Both the position numbers and the translations under genes were made by a program. From Octopus sinensis (Eukaryota): a stretch of 64,000 bases of DNA. Each line of letters begins with the position of its first letter. Within the stretch, counting starts at the first letter, position 1. The stretch lies in assembly GCF_006345805.1 (NCBI RefSeq), contig NC_043006.1, positions 89,528,001 to 89,592,000 on the forward strand, given 5' to 3'. This document shows, piece by piece, positions 1 through 14,358 of this stretch. The notes under the pieces were generated by a model. That model was not told where the DNA came from. It made no database searches and saw nothing but the letters and a program-made list of their open reading frames with translations.

Positions 1-1904
1 GCATTTTTAGAGAGTTACTTCCCTTATATAATAGCCAAAAAATGCATTAAAATGGAAAAAATGATGGTAAATTTCTTTTAAATCGTAGACTCATCGTAGA
101 TGCGCGCTAATACCCAGAAGGGCTCAATATGAATCACGACTATAAGATACCCGGTTTTGGTTAAACTGCACCGCAAAATGTGGGAGTAGTTAGGAATCTA
201 AATCGTAGGAGACAGACACACAACTTCACTTTTATATATAAAGATTTGTGCAACAACTAAAACATTCGGTTGTGCAAATTGTTTGCACAGGAAACCTGCC
301 CTGTGTGGCGGTTTTTGCTGTTTTTGTGGATCTGTTTCAGCTTTTTTAGCGATTTCTGTTTTGGCGACTTCAAGCCATGAAGTCGTTGTTCTAAAAGAAC
401 GCTGGTCTCCTTGACAACGCTTTACGACGTTGATTTCCCTACCCTGCCTTCCCCACAGCTTCACGAGGGAGGGAAGAAGGGGAGGAGCTACACAGGTGCA
501 GGTGCGAGCATGAACGCCAACACCGCCACCGACACACAAAAAAATTGGAAGAACCCAGACGACAGCTTCAGCCACCACCACCACCACCACGACCAACACC
601 ATCACCACTACCACCATGACCACCACCACCACTACGCCCATGACCATCACCACCACCATCATCACCACGACCACCACCACCACCATCATCACTACTCCCA
701 CCACCCCCACCACCACTACAAACACGACGACCACCACGACCATGACCACCATCACCACTACCAGCACCACCGCTGCGACTACCACCGCCTCCACACTATG
801 CCTCTGCTCTCTCCTTTTGGCTACTAAATCCATTACCATATTTCACAAGTACCATCGCCATACAATATTGCCTTCAAAAGTTTGTGTTTGGATAATATTT
901 TTTAAGTAAAAGTTGTGCAACAACTATAACATTCGGTTGTGCAAATTATTTGCACAGGAAACCTTCCCTGTGTGGCGTGTTTCCCGATTTTGTAGAATTT
1001 GCTTTCGGGCTTTCTTAGCCATTTCTGTTTTGGTGTCTTCAAGCCATGAAGTCGTTGTTCTAAAAGAACGCTGGTCTCCTTGACAACGCTTTACGACGTT
1101 GATTTCCTTACACTCCCTTCCCCACAGCTTCACGAGGGAGGGAAGAAGGGGGAGAAGCAACACAGGTGCAGGTGTGAGCCCTTTATTTAAAAAATATGCG
1201 TTAAAATGGAAAAAAATTATGGTAAATTATTTCGTAGACGCGCGCTAATACCCAGACGGGCTCGATATGAATCACGACTATAAGATACCCGAATTTGGTT
1301 AAACTGCACCGCAAAATGTGGGAGTAGTTAGGAATCTAAATCGTAGGAGACAGATACTCACACAACTTCATTTTTATATATATAGACTAGCAGTATCGCC
1401 CGGCGTTGCTCGGGTTTGTAAGGGAAATAACTATATAAGCATTTTTAGAGACTTACTTCCCTTATAGATGCCAATTCGGGCTTTCTTAGCCATTTCTGTT
1501 TTGGTGTCTTCAAGCCATGAAGTCGTTGTTCTAAAAGAACGCTGGTCTCCTCGACAACGCATTACGACGTTGATTTCCTTAAACTCCCTTCCCCACAGCT
1601 TCACGAGGGAGGGAAGAAGGGGGAGAAGCAAACACAGGTGCAGGTGTTTGAGCGTGGACGCCAACTCCGCCGCCATCGACACACGAAAAATTATGCATTA
1701 AAATGGAATAAAAAATTATGTTAAATTATTTTTAAAATCGTAGACTCATCGTAGACGCGCGCTAATAGCCAGACGGGCTCGATATTAATCACGACTATAA
1801 GATACCCGAATTTGGTTAAACTGCACCGCAAAATGTGGGAGGAGTTAGGAATCTAAATCGTAGGAGACAGACACTCACACAACTACAGTTTTATATATAT
1901 AGAT
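1..1904 (+). mobile_element. Head-to-tail array of non-autonomous Helitron/Helentron-like (DINE-1/HINE-type) elements
   Basis: The same 3' block (cgtagacgcgcgctaata...tcgtaggagacagacacacaac...ttttatatata) ends at about 245, 1385 and 1904. The internal block ttagccatttctgttttgg...cacaggtgcaggtg occurs three times (about 346, 1013, 1482). The complete unit at 1386-1904 starts actagcagtatcgcccggcgttgctcggg, followed by a short inverted repeat (aagggaaataact / acttacttccctt). The family assignment rests on terminal architecture only. Confidence 0.65.
570..795. repeat. Degenerate (CAC/GAC/TAC)n trinucleotide tract inside the Helitron-like unit
   Basis: Directly visible. It explains the poly-His, poly-Thr and poly-Val ORFs in the track. 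Confidence 0.95.
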
Positions 1905-3058
1905 ATGCCTTTCTGTGAAAGGAAGTGCTGAACTATAAAATGATTGAAATGGACAGCTTTTGAGTTACTAGAACTGAAACACATGATCAAAAGGAGAGAC
2001 ATTGAAATTAAATAATGCTTCATTAATACTATGTGTAATTACCATCATTAAAAAAATTATTGTTAGTGTAATCTGTTTTAACTTCATCATTTAACTTTTG
2101 TGCTTTATCATGAAGAATATTAAGACCTGGAACTAGACTACACATAAGAATACAGACATTCTATTCTATTTATTTGAAAAGTTTATGACAATTGTACAAC
2201 ATCCAAGGCATAGTTGGCAGGAAACAAATTGAAAAATCATTGACTTAACCTTTCTATCTCCATCAGTCTTCTTAAATGTGTATCAAGTCACAAAAGGCGG
2301 CAATATTGCGTAATGGTCGTCTGCCCGAAGAACAAGCATAATTGTTGGTAATGCTATTGGTTAAAATGACTGCCCAGATACGAATTCTAAACTTTCGTCA
2401 ATGAAATCTTTCATGAAATACGGTTCTTAGAATTCGGATATGAGCAGTTATAAAATCCCTGATTTTGGGGAAATTACTCAGTTATATTTGGATGTTACTA
2501 CATTCCATGACACTCACTCCTTGACACATTGGCTATTTTTTTACGCCATGTCTAAAAATCCAACAAGACTTATTTGAACTGTTGTGAACTCTAGTCGTTA
2601 GTATGAGGGATTAGCTTAGTGTGGATTTTAAATCGTAATTCTCTACGACAAAATGACTTTACTTTCCAATTGTACTATAAATGCTAAAAAAACTAATGTA
2701 GTAATTATTTTCTCTTTCTTCACCTTGTTAGTGAAATTTATTTCTGCAATTATGACTGTATTTTTTTTATGGCGGTTAAAAGAACACGAATTTATTTATC
2801 TTCGCCATACACGCACGCAAAAAATGTCCGTTAGCATTTCAGAGTATATATTTCTGGCCATGGCGTTTATGTAGCTTATAATAAGTAAGTTATAAGTGAC
2901 GTGTTTATCAATATAGATTCCTTCTTCGAAAATAAAATATATTTATTATCTATTTCCAAATAGGAAACATATAAAAGTAGCGTTACACAAACACACCGGC
3001 TGTAAAAAAGCCAAAAAAACTTCATTGTCAGATCATGATGTAAATAATAATTTAACCG

Positions 3059-4482
3059 GCATAACTACAGATTCATGCCCCACCACTCCGACTTTGGATG
3101 TTCATAATTTTCAGAAAATTGGATATGTTTTAATGAAATTTTCTACGAGTATGTGTTATATCATGTAGATTCCGAATATACAGAACTTATGGGGGGAAAG
3201 TGTTTTAGGAGGGGCTGGGGCGGGGAAATTCGGAAATTTCACCGGAGTCCAATTCAATTCGTCTTAACTTTCAAGAAAATAGATATTTTGTAATGAAATT
3301 TTCTATAAATATACCACGGACTATGTAGCTTCCGAGAACATAGGAATTTTGGGGGAAACCAATTGGGGGTTACTTTTGGGAACCGTTCCCCACTCGGGTG
3401 TGTTTCGGAACAAGTCGTCAATGTTTTGTTTTTTCTCCGTTTTGTGCGTTTGTGCATCCGTAGATTTCGACTGAAGCCGAAGGCAATGAAGCTGTCACAA
3501 GGAAACTCGTTATGCTAAAAACGACCCCGAAACGATGAAACATTCTGGTTTATTTACCTTTTGTGCAAATTTGTTGCGGCAAGTGGCAAAACGTGTATTT
3601 TTGCTTGTGTGCGTATATGTATATGTCCGTTTGTATGTGTGTGTACGCTTATATATTAATTACTATGTGCTTGTGCAAATGTTTGTGTGGTGCGTCTGCT
3701 ATATTTCTTTATCAATATCGATAACGCAGCAATGCTGGGATTTCATTGGTTAAAATTCGAAGATGTTGGGATTTCATTGGTTAAAATTCATAAAAATTAA
3801 ACTACGTTTAAGTTATGAATAACAATTTTGTTTTCAATTTCATTTACAATAATGTTTTCTTTTGACACATTCTACCAGTATACGAAGTTTCAAATTTTTT
3901 AGTTAACTAGGAAAATCTGGCCTTCAAAAAGAAAAGATCCGATCCTATATATATAATTAAAAAAGTTCAAACGGAGAATTATTCCATTCAGTGTCTTTCT
4001 GTTAGAAACGTTTGGACCTTTAGCTGGTATTTTTAGCATAACGAGTTTCCTGGTGACAGCTTCATTGCCTGCGGTGTCAGTCGAAATCTACGGATGCACA
4101 AACGCACAGAACAGAAAAAATGAATTTCATTTTCTCCGTTTTATGCGTTCCTCGAGTGGGGAACGGTCCTCAAAAGTAACCCCCAATTGTTTTCCCCCAA
4201 AATTCTTATGTTCTCGGAAGCTACATAGTCCGAGGTATATTTATAGAAAATGTCATTAAAAATATCTATTTTCTGGAAAGTTAAGACGAATTGAAGTGGA
4301 CACCGGTGAAATTTCCCCGCCCCAGCCCCTCCTAAAACACTTTCCCCCATAAGTTTTGTATATTCGGAATCTACATGATATAACACATAGTAGTAGAAAA
4401 TTTCATTAAAACATATCCAATTTTCTGAAAGTTATGAACATCCAAAAATCGGGGGGGGGGGGGCAGGAATCTGTAGTTATGC
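3059..4482. mobile_element. Non-autonomous DNA transposon with about 460-bp terminal inverted repeats (foldback/MULE-like architecture)
   Basis: 3059-3521 (gcataactacagatt...ttatgctaaaaa) is the imperfect reverse complement of 4030-4482 (tttttagcataa...aatctgtagttatgc). The spacer is about 510 bp and non-coding. No TSD is recognisable, so the superfamily is unassigned. Confidence 0.8.
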
Positions 4483-4845
4483 TATAAAACCTACATCTGA
4501 ATGAAAGCCATTGAATGAATGATATAAGCAAGGATGATGAATAAAGAAATGAAATGAAGTGAAAAGACTGAATATAATTGTTACATGAGTTTTTGAAACC
4601 AGCATGGTTTGGATTGGCTCTTCAAAGTTAAAAGGTGAAGACATGGCCATGTGATTAAAAATTTTTCTTTGCAACCACGAGGTTTTAGGCTTGACCTCAC
4701 TGTATGGCTTTTTGGTGGGGATATCTTCTTCTACAACTCTGAGTTGACCAATGCCCTATGAAGAGAATTTGATAAATAATAACTGCATGGAAACTCATTG
4801 AGTAAATTGAATATACAATCCCTCCATTCAGGGATATATATATAT

Positions 4846-5830
4846 TGTTACGTACCACCTGCCGTCGCCCAAACTCTTCGGAAACCCGGGACCCTACCAA
4901 GTCGAGTGACGACGATTGACCGGCCCAATCGAACGGAGAATTCGCCACACAGAAAGAGAGGACTTGGTGCGGGGGGAGGGGGGGCAACGGATACGAACCG
5001 GCGACTGGAGAGAACAACAACAGCAGGAAGAGATACAGAGACACGGCGGAAGGCAATTGGCTTACATTTAAAAACAGTTTATGACAATCATTACAACATC
5101 AAATACATCAAAGAAAATACATGCAGCAGAATCAACAAAATCAAAGCATGCAGATACAGTTCAGAGACAAATCAGAACAGTTCAATCAAATAATGTTCAT
5201 GATACATTAAAGTCTTTCTCTTTCTCTTTTTTCAACACAGTTCACAATTTACGCCATAATCTCATTTCTTTTCTTCCTCTTTTCCTTAATTCACAGTTCT
5301 TTCCCCTTTTTTTTTTAACACATCAATTCTTTCTTTTACATTTCACATCAAAATACAACAACCAAAAGACACAAACAAAACTTTACCGAATGTTTCTTTC
5401 CAGTCTGCAACAATTTCAGAAACTCCTACCATAATAGCCACTGCCCTCTATCCGCCGTAATCCCTCTCTCTCGCTCTCAGTCCTCTCACTGTCTGTCTGT
5501 CTTTCTCAACGATGTAGTTGCCTTCGCCATTGCCACCTTCTTGGCTGACCATCCGTATCACTCCTGTCACTGGCCAAAACTGCCCCATTGCCAGCTGCTG
5601 ACTCGCGCTGTTCCCGACTGACGACTGACTCCAACTGACCGCAAGCTCACAGCGCGTCGCATTTTAAAGGGGTGGTTTCTCAAACTTTCCTTAACTGGAA
5701 CAGGGCCAAAGGTCTCTTCCGAATACATAAACCTCCCCAAAAACCGACAGGACAAAAGGTCTACCCGTCTCCCTGACACCAAATCACAAAAGTGGGTCGT
5801 AGCACTCAGTTTCCGAACTGACCTCCATAT

Positions 5831-5832
<2 letters not shown>
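4846..5832. mobile_element. Probable solo LTR (about 987 bp) inserted in a (TA)n tract
   Basis: A CpG-richer block that begins TGttacg and ends atatCA, with (TA)n on both sides and no retroelement coding remnant. No partner LTR is present in the window. Confidence 0.5.
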
Positions 5833-5868
<36 letters not shown>

Positions 5869-8800
5869 ACACACACACACACACACGTGTGTGTGTGCAT
5901 GTATGTGTCTGTTTACCTCTGCATGTTTACAGAGGAAAATGGAGCCATTTGAGCAATTGTGCCAATTGTGACATTCATTATTTCTAGCATAAACAAAATG
6001 TCTGGTAACTTGGCAAGTCAATCATATAAAAATATGGAATACAGTTCCTCACTGGAATCAGTAGAGTGTCTAGTGGTAGAATACTGCCTCAAGAAGTTTT
6101 GCCTAACCCATGCTAGCATGGAAAAAGTGGACACAGACATGCCAATCACAATGGTGATATACTTGAATTATTGTGGCAAGTGGTTTTCAGCTGCATTCTC
6201 TTCCTAATGAAACCTAATCAATGCTAAAATCATTAACTATTTTTAACGAGTTATAATGGTTTCAAATTTTGAAACAAGGCTAGCAGTTTTGAGGGGAAGG
6301 GGTAAGTCAGTTACATCACTTCCAGTCCTTGCCTGATACTTTATTTAATCAACCCCAAAAGAATGAAAGAGGAAGTTGACTTTGGAAGGAATTGGATTCA
6401 CAACATAAAGAGCTGGAAGAAATGCTGCTAAGCATTTTGGCCAATGTTCTAATGATTCTGTCAGCTTCCTATAAGAATAATGCTATGTAAATTAATGTTT
6501 CTCATCAAAAAAAGTAAAAAAAAAAAAGATTTCCATGTGGTTCAATTAATGATAGTAGAATCAGTAAAAAAAATGGTAAAGATTGGATATGGCAGTTCAC
6601 TGCTGGACGTATCACTCTTTGGGCCTGAAGGTTTGGGGTTATGACACTAGCTTGATGTCAACTGGGCATTCTCTTTTAATTCTGTTTCTTTCCAGTTGAG
6701 GAGACAGGCACAAAACATGCAGTTAAGTTCCTTGCCTACAGACAATACAACACTCATAAACAGAGAATTGAACTCACAACATTATGTCTGAGAGTCCAGT
6801 TGCCTTACTACTCAATCATGCATCTTCTCTAAATCAGTAATTAAAAGCAAAATAACTGAATGAGTAAACTTCTAGACTATAAACTCTTGCTCCAAGAATT
6901 TACATCCATTGCAAATGTTATGTTGTGACACATGATCGAATGTTCTGGGAAGGACATTCAATCATGCGTTACTTTAGTTTAGCCAGCTGCGAGGGGAATA
7001 ACTATCAGGCTTTTATTGCAGAAAGCTACCTTCAATTACATGCTGGTCCCTATGGAATTTTGTAATCAATGAAATAAATAGATTGATACTTAAGTCAGTA
7101 AGCAGCTGGTCCTTTAACCAGTCTGAAAAATCAATGAGTGGTGAAGGATGAAATGTATGTAAGAAACTACGACAGCTGATTAGAAGGTTAATGCTGCGTA
7201 TGTGTGAGGAATATAATGACAATTTGGCATGGTCATGAATAATGGAAATGTGTACAGAACAAGATTATATTAAGTTAGCAATAATGTTTAATATCCCCAC
7301 TGACCAAAAATGTCGAGCGGCTCTAAATAGAATAAATATGGTACCATAGATTTGGTCTTAATGGATTGTCAGGACACACCTCAACATTGTTGTGGTTGTA
7401 TGGTGTATGTTAGGGCAAAGCAGTTTACTGGGGGTCCTTATGGGGGGGGGGGCAATGCTGTTTGTGAACTGAATAAGTTAGTATGCTGTGAAGAGAAGAG
7501 GATTCTGATATTTCAGGAATTATCTTTTGTCTGAGATGAATAAAATATTCTTGGCTCAGTGCTGCAAAACATCTAATCAGAGGTCTTCATTGGTTTTTGA
7601 ATATGACTGTTCCAAATGTTTTCATGAACGGAATGTTCTTATTAAACTAGAATGTTTGTGATTGGATATTTGATGGATATGTGTACCATTAATGGAATTC
7701 TCCTGGAAAATCAGTCTGACACATTGTGACAACACTTACTGGCATTGCTGAAGTTGATTCAGTTGATGGTTGCAGAGAAAAACCCTGCACCACCCACCCA
7801 AAACACACACACATTGTGGGCAGTACAGGAATTCCAAAGAGATAATGTTCTGGGGAAGAAGGGATCGGTGAAGTAAATAATACAATAATTAATGGAGTTA
7901 GAGGTGAAGGTGGGGATGGAGAAAATATTTTTGACAAAAGGAAGAGATAAAAAGGTGGTATACAGCATCCAGCTTGAAGAAACATGAACTTCTGAAATGA
8001 CAAGTACATTCTATCCAGCAGACTTTCAAACCGTTTCCATTTACCCAATTCACTTGTAAAGTTTGGGTGGACTCCAGGCTATAGTAAAAGACATTCGTGC
8101 AAGTTGCTTTGCATTGAAACTGAATTTGGAGTCTTATGATTACCTATAGAATTTCTTTACCATTTGTCTACACCTGTAGAATTTCTTTACCATTTATCTA
8201 CACCTGTAAACTAACAAAACACTTAACAGTGATGTAGTTTGAATCTCTACTGCTCTACATTGTTTAATTGCTGTTCAGGTGAACTGGACCACTGACATAT
8301 AAGTGTTCTTGCTTGCAGTGATGTATTGCAGTGTTTGGAGAAGACAGATAAACAATAAATCCTTCATTGCAAGACAGTGAAGGTTATGCCTGGTAAGGTT
8401 TCCCATCCTAAAGGCAACTCATAAGGATTCAATCCCCTCTTTTTCAACTCGCCAAACATTAATAATTTTTCCATGGTAGCATAGGTTAGACAAATATAAT
8501 ACTGAGCCATTGTTTTATAGATGGATGCCCTTCCTTTCACTAACCCTTGCTTGTTTTTCAACTAAGTGATTTTATGTTCCTCACATCTCCTAAAGTGCTC
8601 AGCCAGCAAATGATTAGTTAACAAAGAAAATGTCAATAATGTCACCATTTGTAACCACTGATTTTCAAAGTAGAGGAATTGCAAATAAACACACACAAGT
8701 TCATATACACACACACTTACTTACATACATACATACATACACGCGCATTCATATATATACACACATACACACATATATATATACATATATATTTATATAT

Positions 8801-11800
8801 ATATATATATATATATATAGTTAATCCAAACAAGAAAACACAAAAAAAAAAAAACACAGCAACGCGAAGACATGGAACAAATAAAGTATTATTGGACACT
8901 CAGGAAAGAAGGGAAGAAGGAAGGTTTAACGTTTCGAGCGGAGCTCTTCGTTGGAAGCAGAGGAGAAGGAAAGATCCCGAGAAGGGAAGACAGAGGGAAA
9001 AAAATCGCCAGCGGTACTCACGAGGTCACATATTGAATATATATATATTATATATATGTGTGTAAATTATGTATATACACAATGAAATTCTTTCTGTTAC
9101 CATCTACCATATCCACTGACAAGATTTTGGTTGGACCAGATCTAAGCTAAAGGACATTTGCCCAAGGTGCTGTGCTGTGAGACTGAACCTAAAACCATGC
9201 CCTTGGGAAACATACTTTTTAACCACACTGCTTATACCTCATCATCGTTTAACGTCCGTTTTCCATGCTGGCATGGGTTGGACGGTTTGAATGAGGTCTG
9301 GAGAGCCAGCGGCTGCACCAAGCTCCTCATCAATTATAATGTAAACAAGATAGAGTTTGGTGCAATTTATCTCCACAAGGGTATCAGGCAGACAACCCAA
9401 AAGTAATTATTGAAATATTAATTCTTAAGTTTGTATCTTGATTATCTTTTTTCTTTTTTAACAGTTCAATCTGTTGGAGGGGTTTCTACCCCTGGCCCTC
9501 ACAAGTTCACCAAGACTAGCAAGACACAACTGATATTTGTCTAGATCAACTGGTAGTTGATAGTTGTGGGGAAAGTGAGGGAATAGTACAGTTGTGGGGA
9601 GGAGGCCAATGGTAGGAATGTATTGGCAATGGGCAGCACGTCAACCAATTGGATGTCTTTCTAATTTTTAAAAATAGTCTTGGCTGTCTGCAGCAGAACC
9701 ATCCCAGATAGATGAGCTGTATTCCTTTGGATAGCATCACTTTTCCAATGTGTTAACTGAACACTCTAACACTTTCACAATATTATATTAGTTCTTGCAT
9801 GATTAGGCTCAGAAAGCATGAAGATTTCACCATCACTTAGAGAAATCTGCAATATTTTAGGCTTTTTGTCAAATGATATTGGCAAGTGGGTCATCTTGGA
9901 AGATGCCGTGCTAGTCTTTTGTTTTATGTTCATATCTACCTTTTTCTCAAATCCTAAGTTTTAGCATTGAAATTCTGGAGTGCTGATAATTCAATAAAGC
10001 ACTTTGAATGTAGACAGCCAGATACAGTCTGCACTCTGTCATGATGTCATGCAAACTTTGTGATATGGTACAACTTATCTATAGAACTATTTTATATTTT
10101 GTAAGTACAGAAAAATGATGAAGATATTGTAAAAGAAGACTGGCAGGAGAGAAAGTCTGCCTTCCTCACTGAAAATGCAGAGACATAAAATAAAACATGA
10201 GAATTTCATGTCATGAAATGAAAGGTTACTATTTTTTTCAGGAATATTTGCATTTTTTAAAACTCATTTTTTATTTCTGTTTTTTAACAATTAAGCATTT
10301 AACGTAAAGAATCAACAGATTCTATACTTTTTTACTTATTTATTTTCATCTATGATATCTTGAGGCAATAAATAGCCTGTTCCTACATAACTTGATGGGA
10401 AAAGAAGAAAAGAAAGAAGGAGAAACAAATAAACACAAATAGAGAAAAAGTAAAGAAAAGGAAAAGAAAAAAAATCCTGGACAGTGTTGAAACATAAGTA
10501 ATTGCTGTACTCTTCAATTATATATCTTGAGATTACACACGAGAAAAGTGTCTGGCAACTAAATGCAAGCAAGAGTCTGAATGGTTCTGTCTTGCATAAT
10601 ATGTAACTTATTTGAACAAGTCTGACACAATTTATTCTGGATGAATGAATTAAACTTCATGACAGTCTGTGTTAACAGGTATCTTGTAATTTTGGAAACT
10701 GATCTCTTGTAGTTCTCAATGAACATTGGATTTTATGATGCTCATCCAATGCACTGTTGATCTCCAACAAAGCTGCTAACAAGGGTGAATACAAATGCCA
10801 TGTACGATCCAGCTTAGGCCTCGTACAAAGCAGAAATTTATCCTAATTTCTACAAGATCCTCCTCTTCCTCCTCCTACTCCTCCTTTAATGTCTGTTTTC
10901 AATGCTGACATGGGTTGTAAGAAAAACGTTGCAGCAATTGGTGCATTTGTCCATTTGACATTAGGGAGTCCATCATTGTTACCTCAGTCCAAATGTTTAA
11001 TTAACAGAATGATCTTCTCATTGAAGTTGATTGGAAGTGGCTGAGTATTCCATAGACATGTGTCCCTTATGATATTTCTTGGGGAAAATCATTGTGACAC
11101 AGACTAACATGGCTGACCAACCCTTTCAACTCACAAGTACAATCTACTTGATCTGCTTCCTTACTGTTTCCATTGACCCAATTTCATTCACAAGACTTGG
11201 CTCAATCCAAGGCTTATAGTGAAAGAAATCAACCCAAGATGCCATATGGTGGGATTGAATCCAAACCCTTGTGATTGCCAAGTGGTACCAGTAGTGAAGT
11301 ATGAATTTCTGCTGTTCTACATTCTTTACTGACAGTCAGGATGAACTGAACCATTGAGACATAAATGTCTTAGCTTGAAACACAAGTTCTCAGAGTTCTG
11401 AAGAACTTATTTCCCACCAGGTGGAAGCTGCTGATCAGAGGCAGAATTTAAACCCAGAAAGCAAAGAGTCACAATAAACATTGCAAAACACCTCTTCTGC
11501 CACCAGAACAAATCTACCAGTCTACTTCTGTAGAATGGCACTTTATTGTCACAAAATGAGGACGTATAAAGTTGGCCTAAACGGGATTTGAACTAAGGCC
11601 AGAGAAACTGGGGGCAAATACTAAAAGGCACTATGTCTGACTCTTCCTATTTATAAGCATAATGCATGACTCTCGGTTTTCTTGTCTTCTCTTTTAACAA
11701 GAAGATTATCATGATCATGATAAAGTTTCAATAAATTCGTAGGAATAAATTTGCTTCCATGAATTCCATCTGGTTCATGCAAACATGCTAAAGTGGAAGT

Positions 11801-12269
11801 TAAACTGAAGAATTATTCAAACCAAGTTTTCTTTTCTTTATAACAGTATCTGCAAATGTGAACCATCCCTCTGCCTTTGAGAAACATCTTGAGAATTCAG
11901 GAGGTGTAGAATTTTGTTGTGTGAGGGATGAGATCTGACTTGAGATGATCTTGTGTTACAAGGAGGGGAGATTGCATAAACTGACCAGCCTCACTATCTC
12001 ATCCCTGACTTCCTGCATCAATAGCAAGGCTGACTGAGATGAGTGGAAGTCTACTAGGAATGCAGTGAATGTGTTGGCTTCACATTTCTACAGCAGAACC
12101 TGGGGAAAAACATTAGCCACTTGTATTGAGCAAGTCATGTGACTATGTAGAGGCCTCTCATTGGTTCTACATTCCTGTAGTAGAATCTTAAGCAAAAGGG
12201 TTAATTTACATGTAATTTCAAATAAATGTGGATTAAATTTTATGGCACTAAGGTAGAACCTCTCTCTCT

Positions 12270-12570
12270 CTTGGGTCACCTAGGTAACAGAAGCTATCTA
12301 CTACCTCTAGCTTATACCCCTGGCAGCTGATGGAGTCTATCTTCTGTATAGTTTTGATGTTTATCATACCTGTGCACCGTCCACACAATAAAAGCTATTT
12401 TCCCAAGTAACCGTCCTCTGATATTGCTGCACCTCTTATGCGTCCATAACTTGCACTGGATACATCTTATGGAGTTTCTACCACCAATGCCTTTCCTACA
12501 GATTGAGCAGGGTCATCTACCTGAAGGGATTTGTGATTTGTCTGCTCTCTCCTACTTACTAACACTTTGA
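12270..12570 (-). mobile_element. Degraded internal fragment of the RTE LINE family also found at 50878 and 57316
   Basis: Aligns by eye to 58350-58640 (gggtcacctaggtaacagaagctatc...ttcctacagattgagcagggtcatctac). Confidence 0.75.
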
Positions 12571-14358
12571 GAGGGAGAGAGAGAGAGATATTAATTGTGA
12601 GCTTGTAGAACGTTAACTCCATTATGAAAAGCAGAAACTGTTGTAGTCGAGTGAGAGAAGAGACAGTAGTGTTGGTACTTTTTTAAAGTTAGTGGTTTAA
12701 TTTCCTTTCAGAGAAGAACCAATGGTAATTGTTTTTGTTGCCAGACGATGATATTCCATCTGCTGATTAGTTTAGCAGGTTATAACGATTATCACCAGAA
12801 CTATGGCATGGCTGCAGATGGTTTCATTTCTATTATTCAATTGCTAGTAGTGCATAATGTGGATTTTTTTTTTTAAAAAAGAAGAGAAAAGGAGGAGAAA
12901 ACAAAACATTCCAAGAGTTCTTCATTCTTCAGATGTTTCTGTAATCAAATGTCTACTTTTCAGTAAAATTTTCCAGTAATGCCTGCAGTTTTTCCAACAG
13001 ACATGTTTTATGGCATCTGTCAATGATTGCTGACATTACACAGCAATATTTTCAACCTGAATCTGTTAGTAAAGTGTCAGTGATTGATATGGACAATAGG
13101 CCAATGTAATACAATTCACATGTTTGTAACTGGCTCCTAATAACTACTCTTTGCTTCTTTTTCTTGTCTATTGGAAAAGGCTGTGGCTACATTTGAAATT
13201 CAATAAAATATTACTTAGTAAATCATGGAAGAATTTTTTTCTATCACAGATAGTTAGACAGCAACGATAAAGAAATATTCTGTCTAAAACACAAACCGCC
13301 AAGGGTATTGCCTTCATCTTTAAAAAACAATCTTTTTAGCATTTTTATAGGTGATGATGTTTTTCTGGCTATGAGGGTAGAATTACTACAAATTTTAAAC
13401 ACCTGTATAAGTTCCTTTTAACTAGATCTTTTTACTGAAGTTTTAATAACAGGATGGATGGAAAGGCACAAGCAGAATTATTTAACATAAACAGATGAAG
13501 GTAAATGAATAAGAAAATTTGCTGAAATTAAAAAATACAACTATATTAATGTGTCCTCTGAACAGAAAAAAAATTGACCCATTTTATAATCCATCTCCAT
13601 GTCAAGTAAATGTCTTGTAAGAAGCTGGTCATTGATAGAAGTTATTAAAATATTAAAGACAATACTCAGCAGTATTTGCTGCAGTTCTCTGTGCTCTAAG
13701 TTCAAATTAAACCAAGATTAAATTTACTTTTTATTTATTCAGGGCTTCATAAATATCAGTACAGGGTTGTGGATTGGCAGAGCTCTTAGAACATTGGATA
13801 AGATGCCTTGAAATATTTGTTGTAGCTCTTTGCATTGCAAGATCAAATTCTCCTTCTTGTCATCAGCCTTTTTTGTGACAGAAAAGCAGTTGGGGGCTTC
13901 AGATCACAGTTAATCTTAATGAGCCTCTAATGTCAGGTGAAGTGATTCATGGATTGGAGCAATATCTTGGTTGCTTCAAATATAAACAAAATGGACCCAG
14001 CATAGAAAGAGAGGCAAATGTCAGGAAGGAAAAATAAGGGACTTTGAAGACTGGTGATTAACTCTGGTTTCATGACATTAAGCAAATTAGATATAGATTG
14101 GTACACCTGTTAATTACAGGTAATATTCCAAAGAGCTTTGCTGCCTTTAATGGTCATCTTAGTGGACTGCAAAAAGGAAGAATAAAAGGCTTTGTCCAAA
14201 CCAACAAAATGCTGACAGCAAAATTTGAAGTCCAAGACATAAGAGCAAGTAGTTCAATATCTAATTTGCTTGACCATCCTTCCCCTATATTTTATATTAG
14301 AAGCAGTGAGAAGATATGTTTGCAAATTTAAAGATGTGCCTATAATTGAATGAAATAT

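Noticed and set aside
198-909. His-rich 138-aa ORF and overlapping Val-rich and Thr-rich ORFs
   Set aside because: These are readings of a CAC-type microsatellite inside a repeat unit, and the His ORF starts at TTG. There is no evidence of a metal-binding protein.
2370-2447. 21-bp imperfect inverted repeat
   Set aside because: Most likely an internal remnant of a degraded DNA transposon, with no defined termini or TSD.
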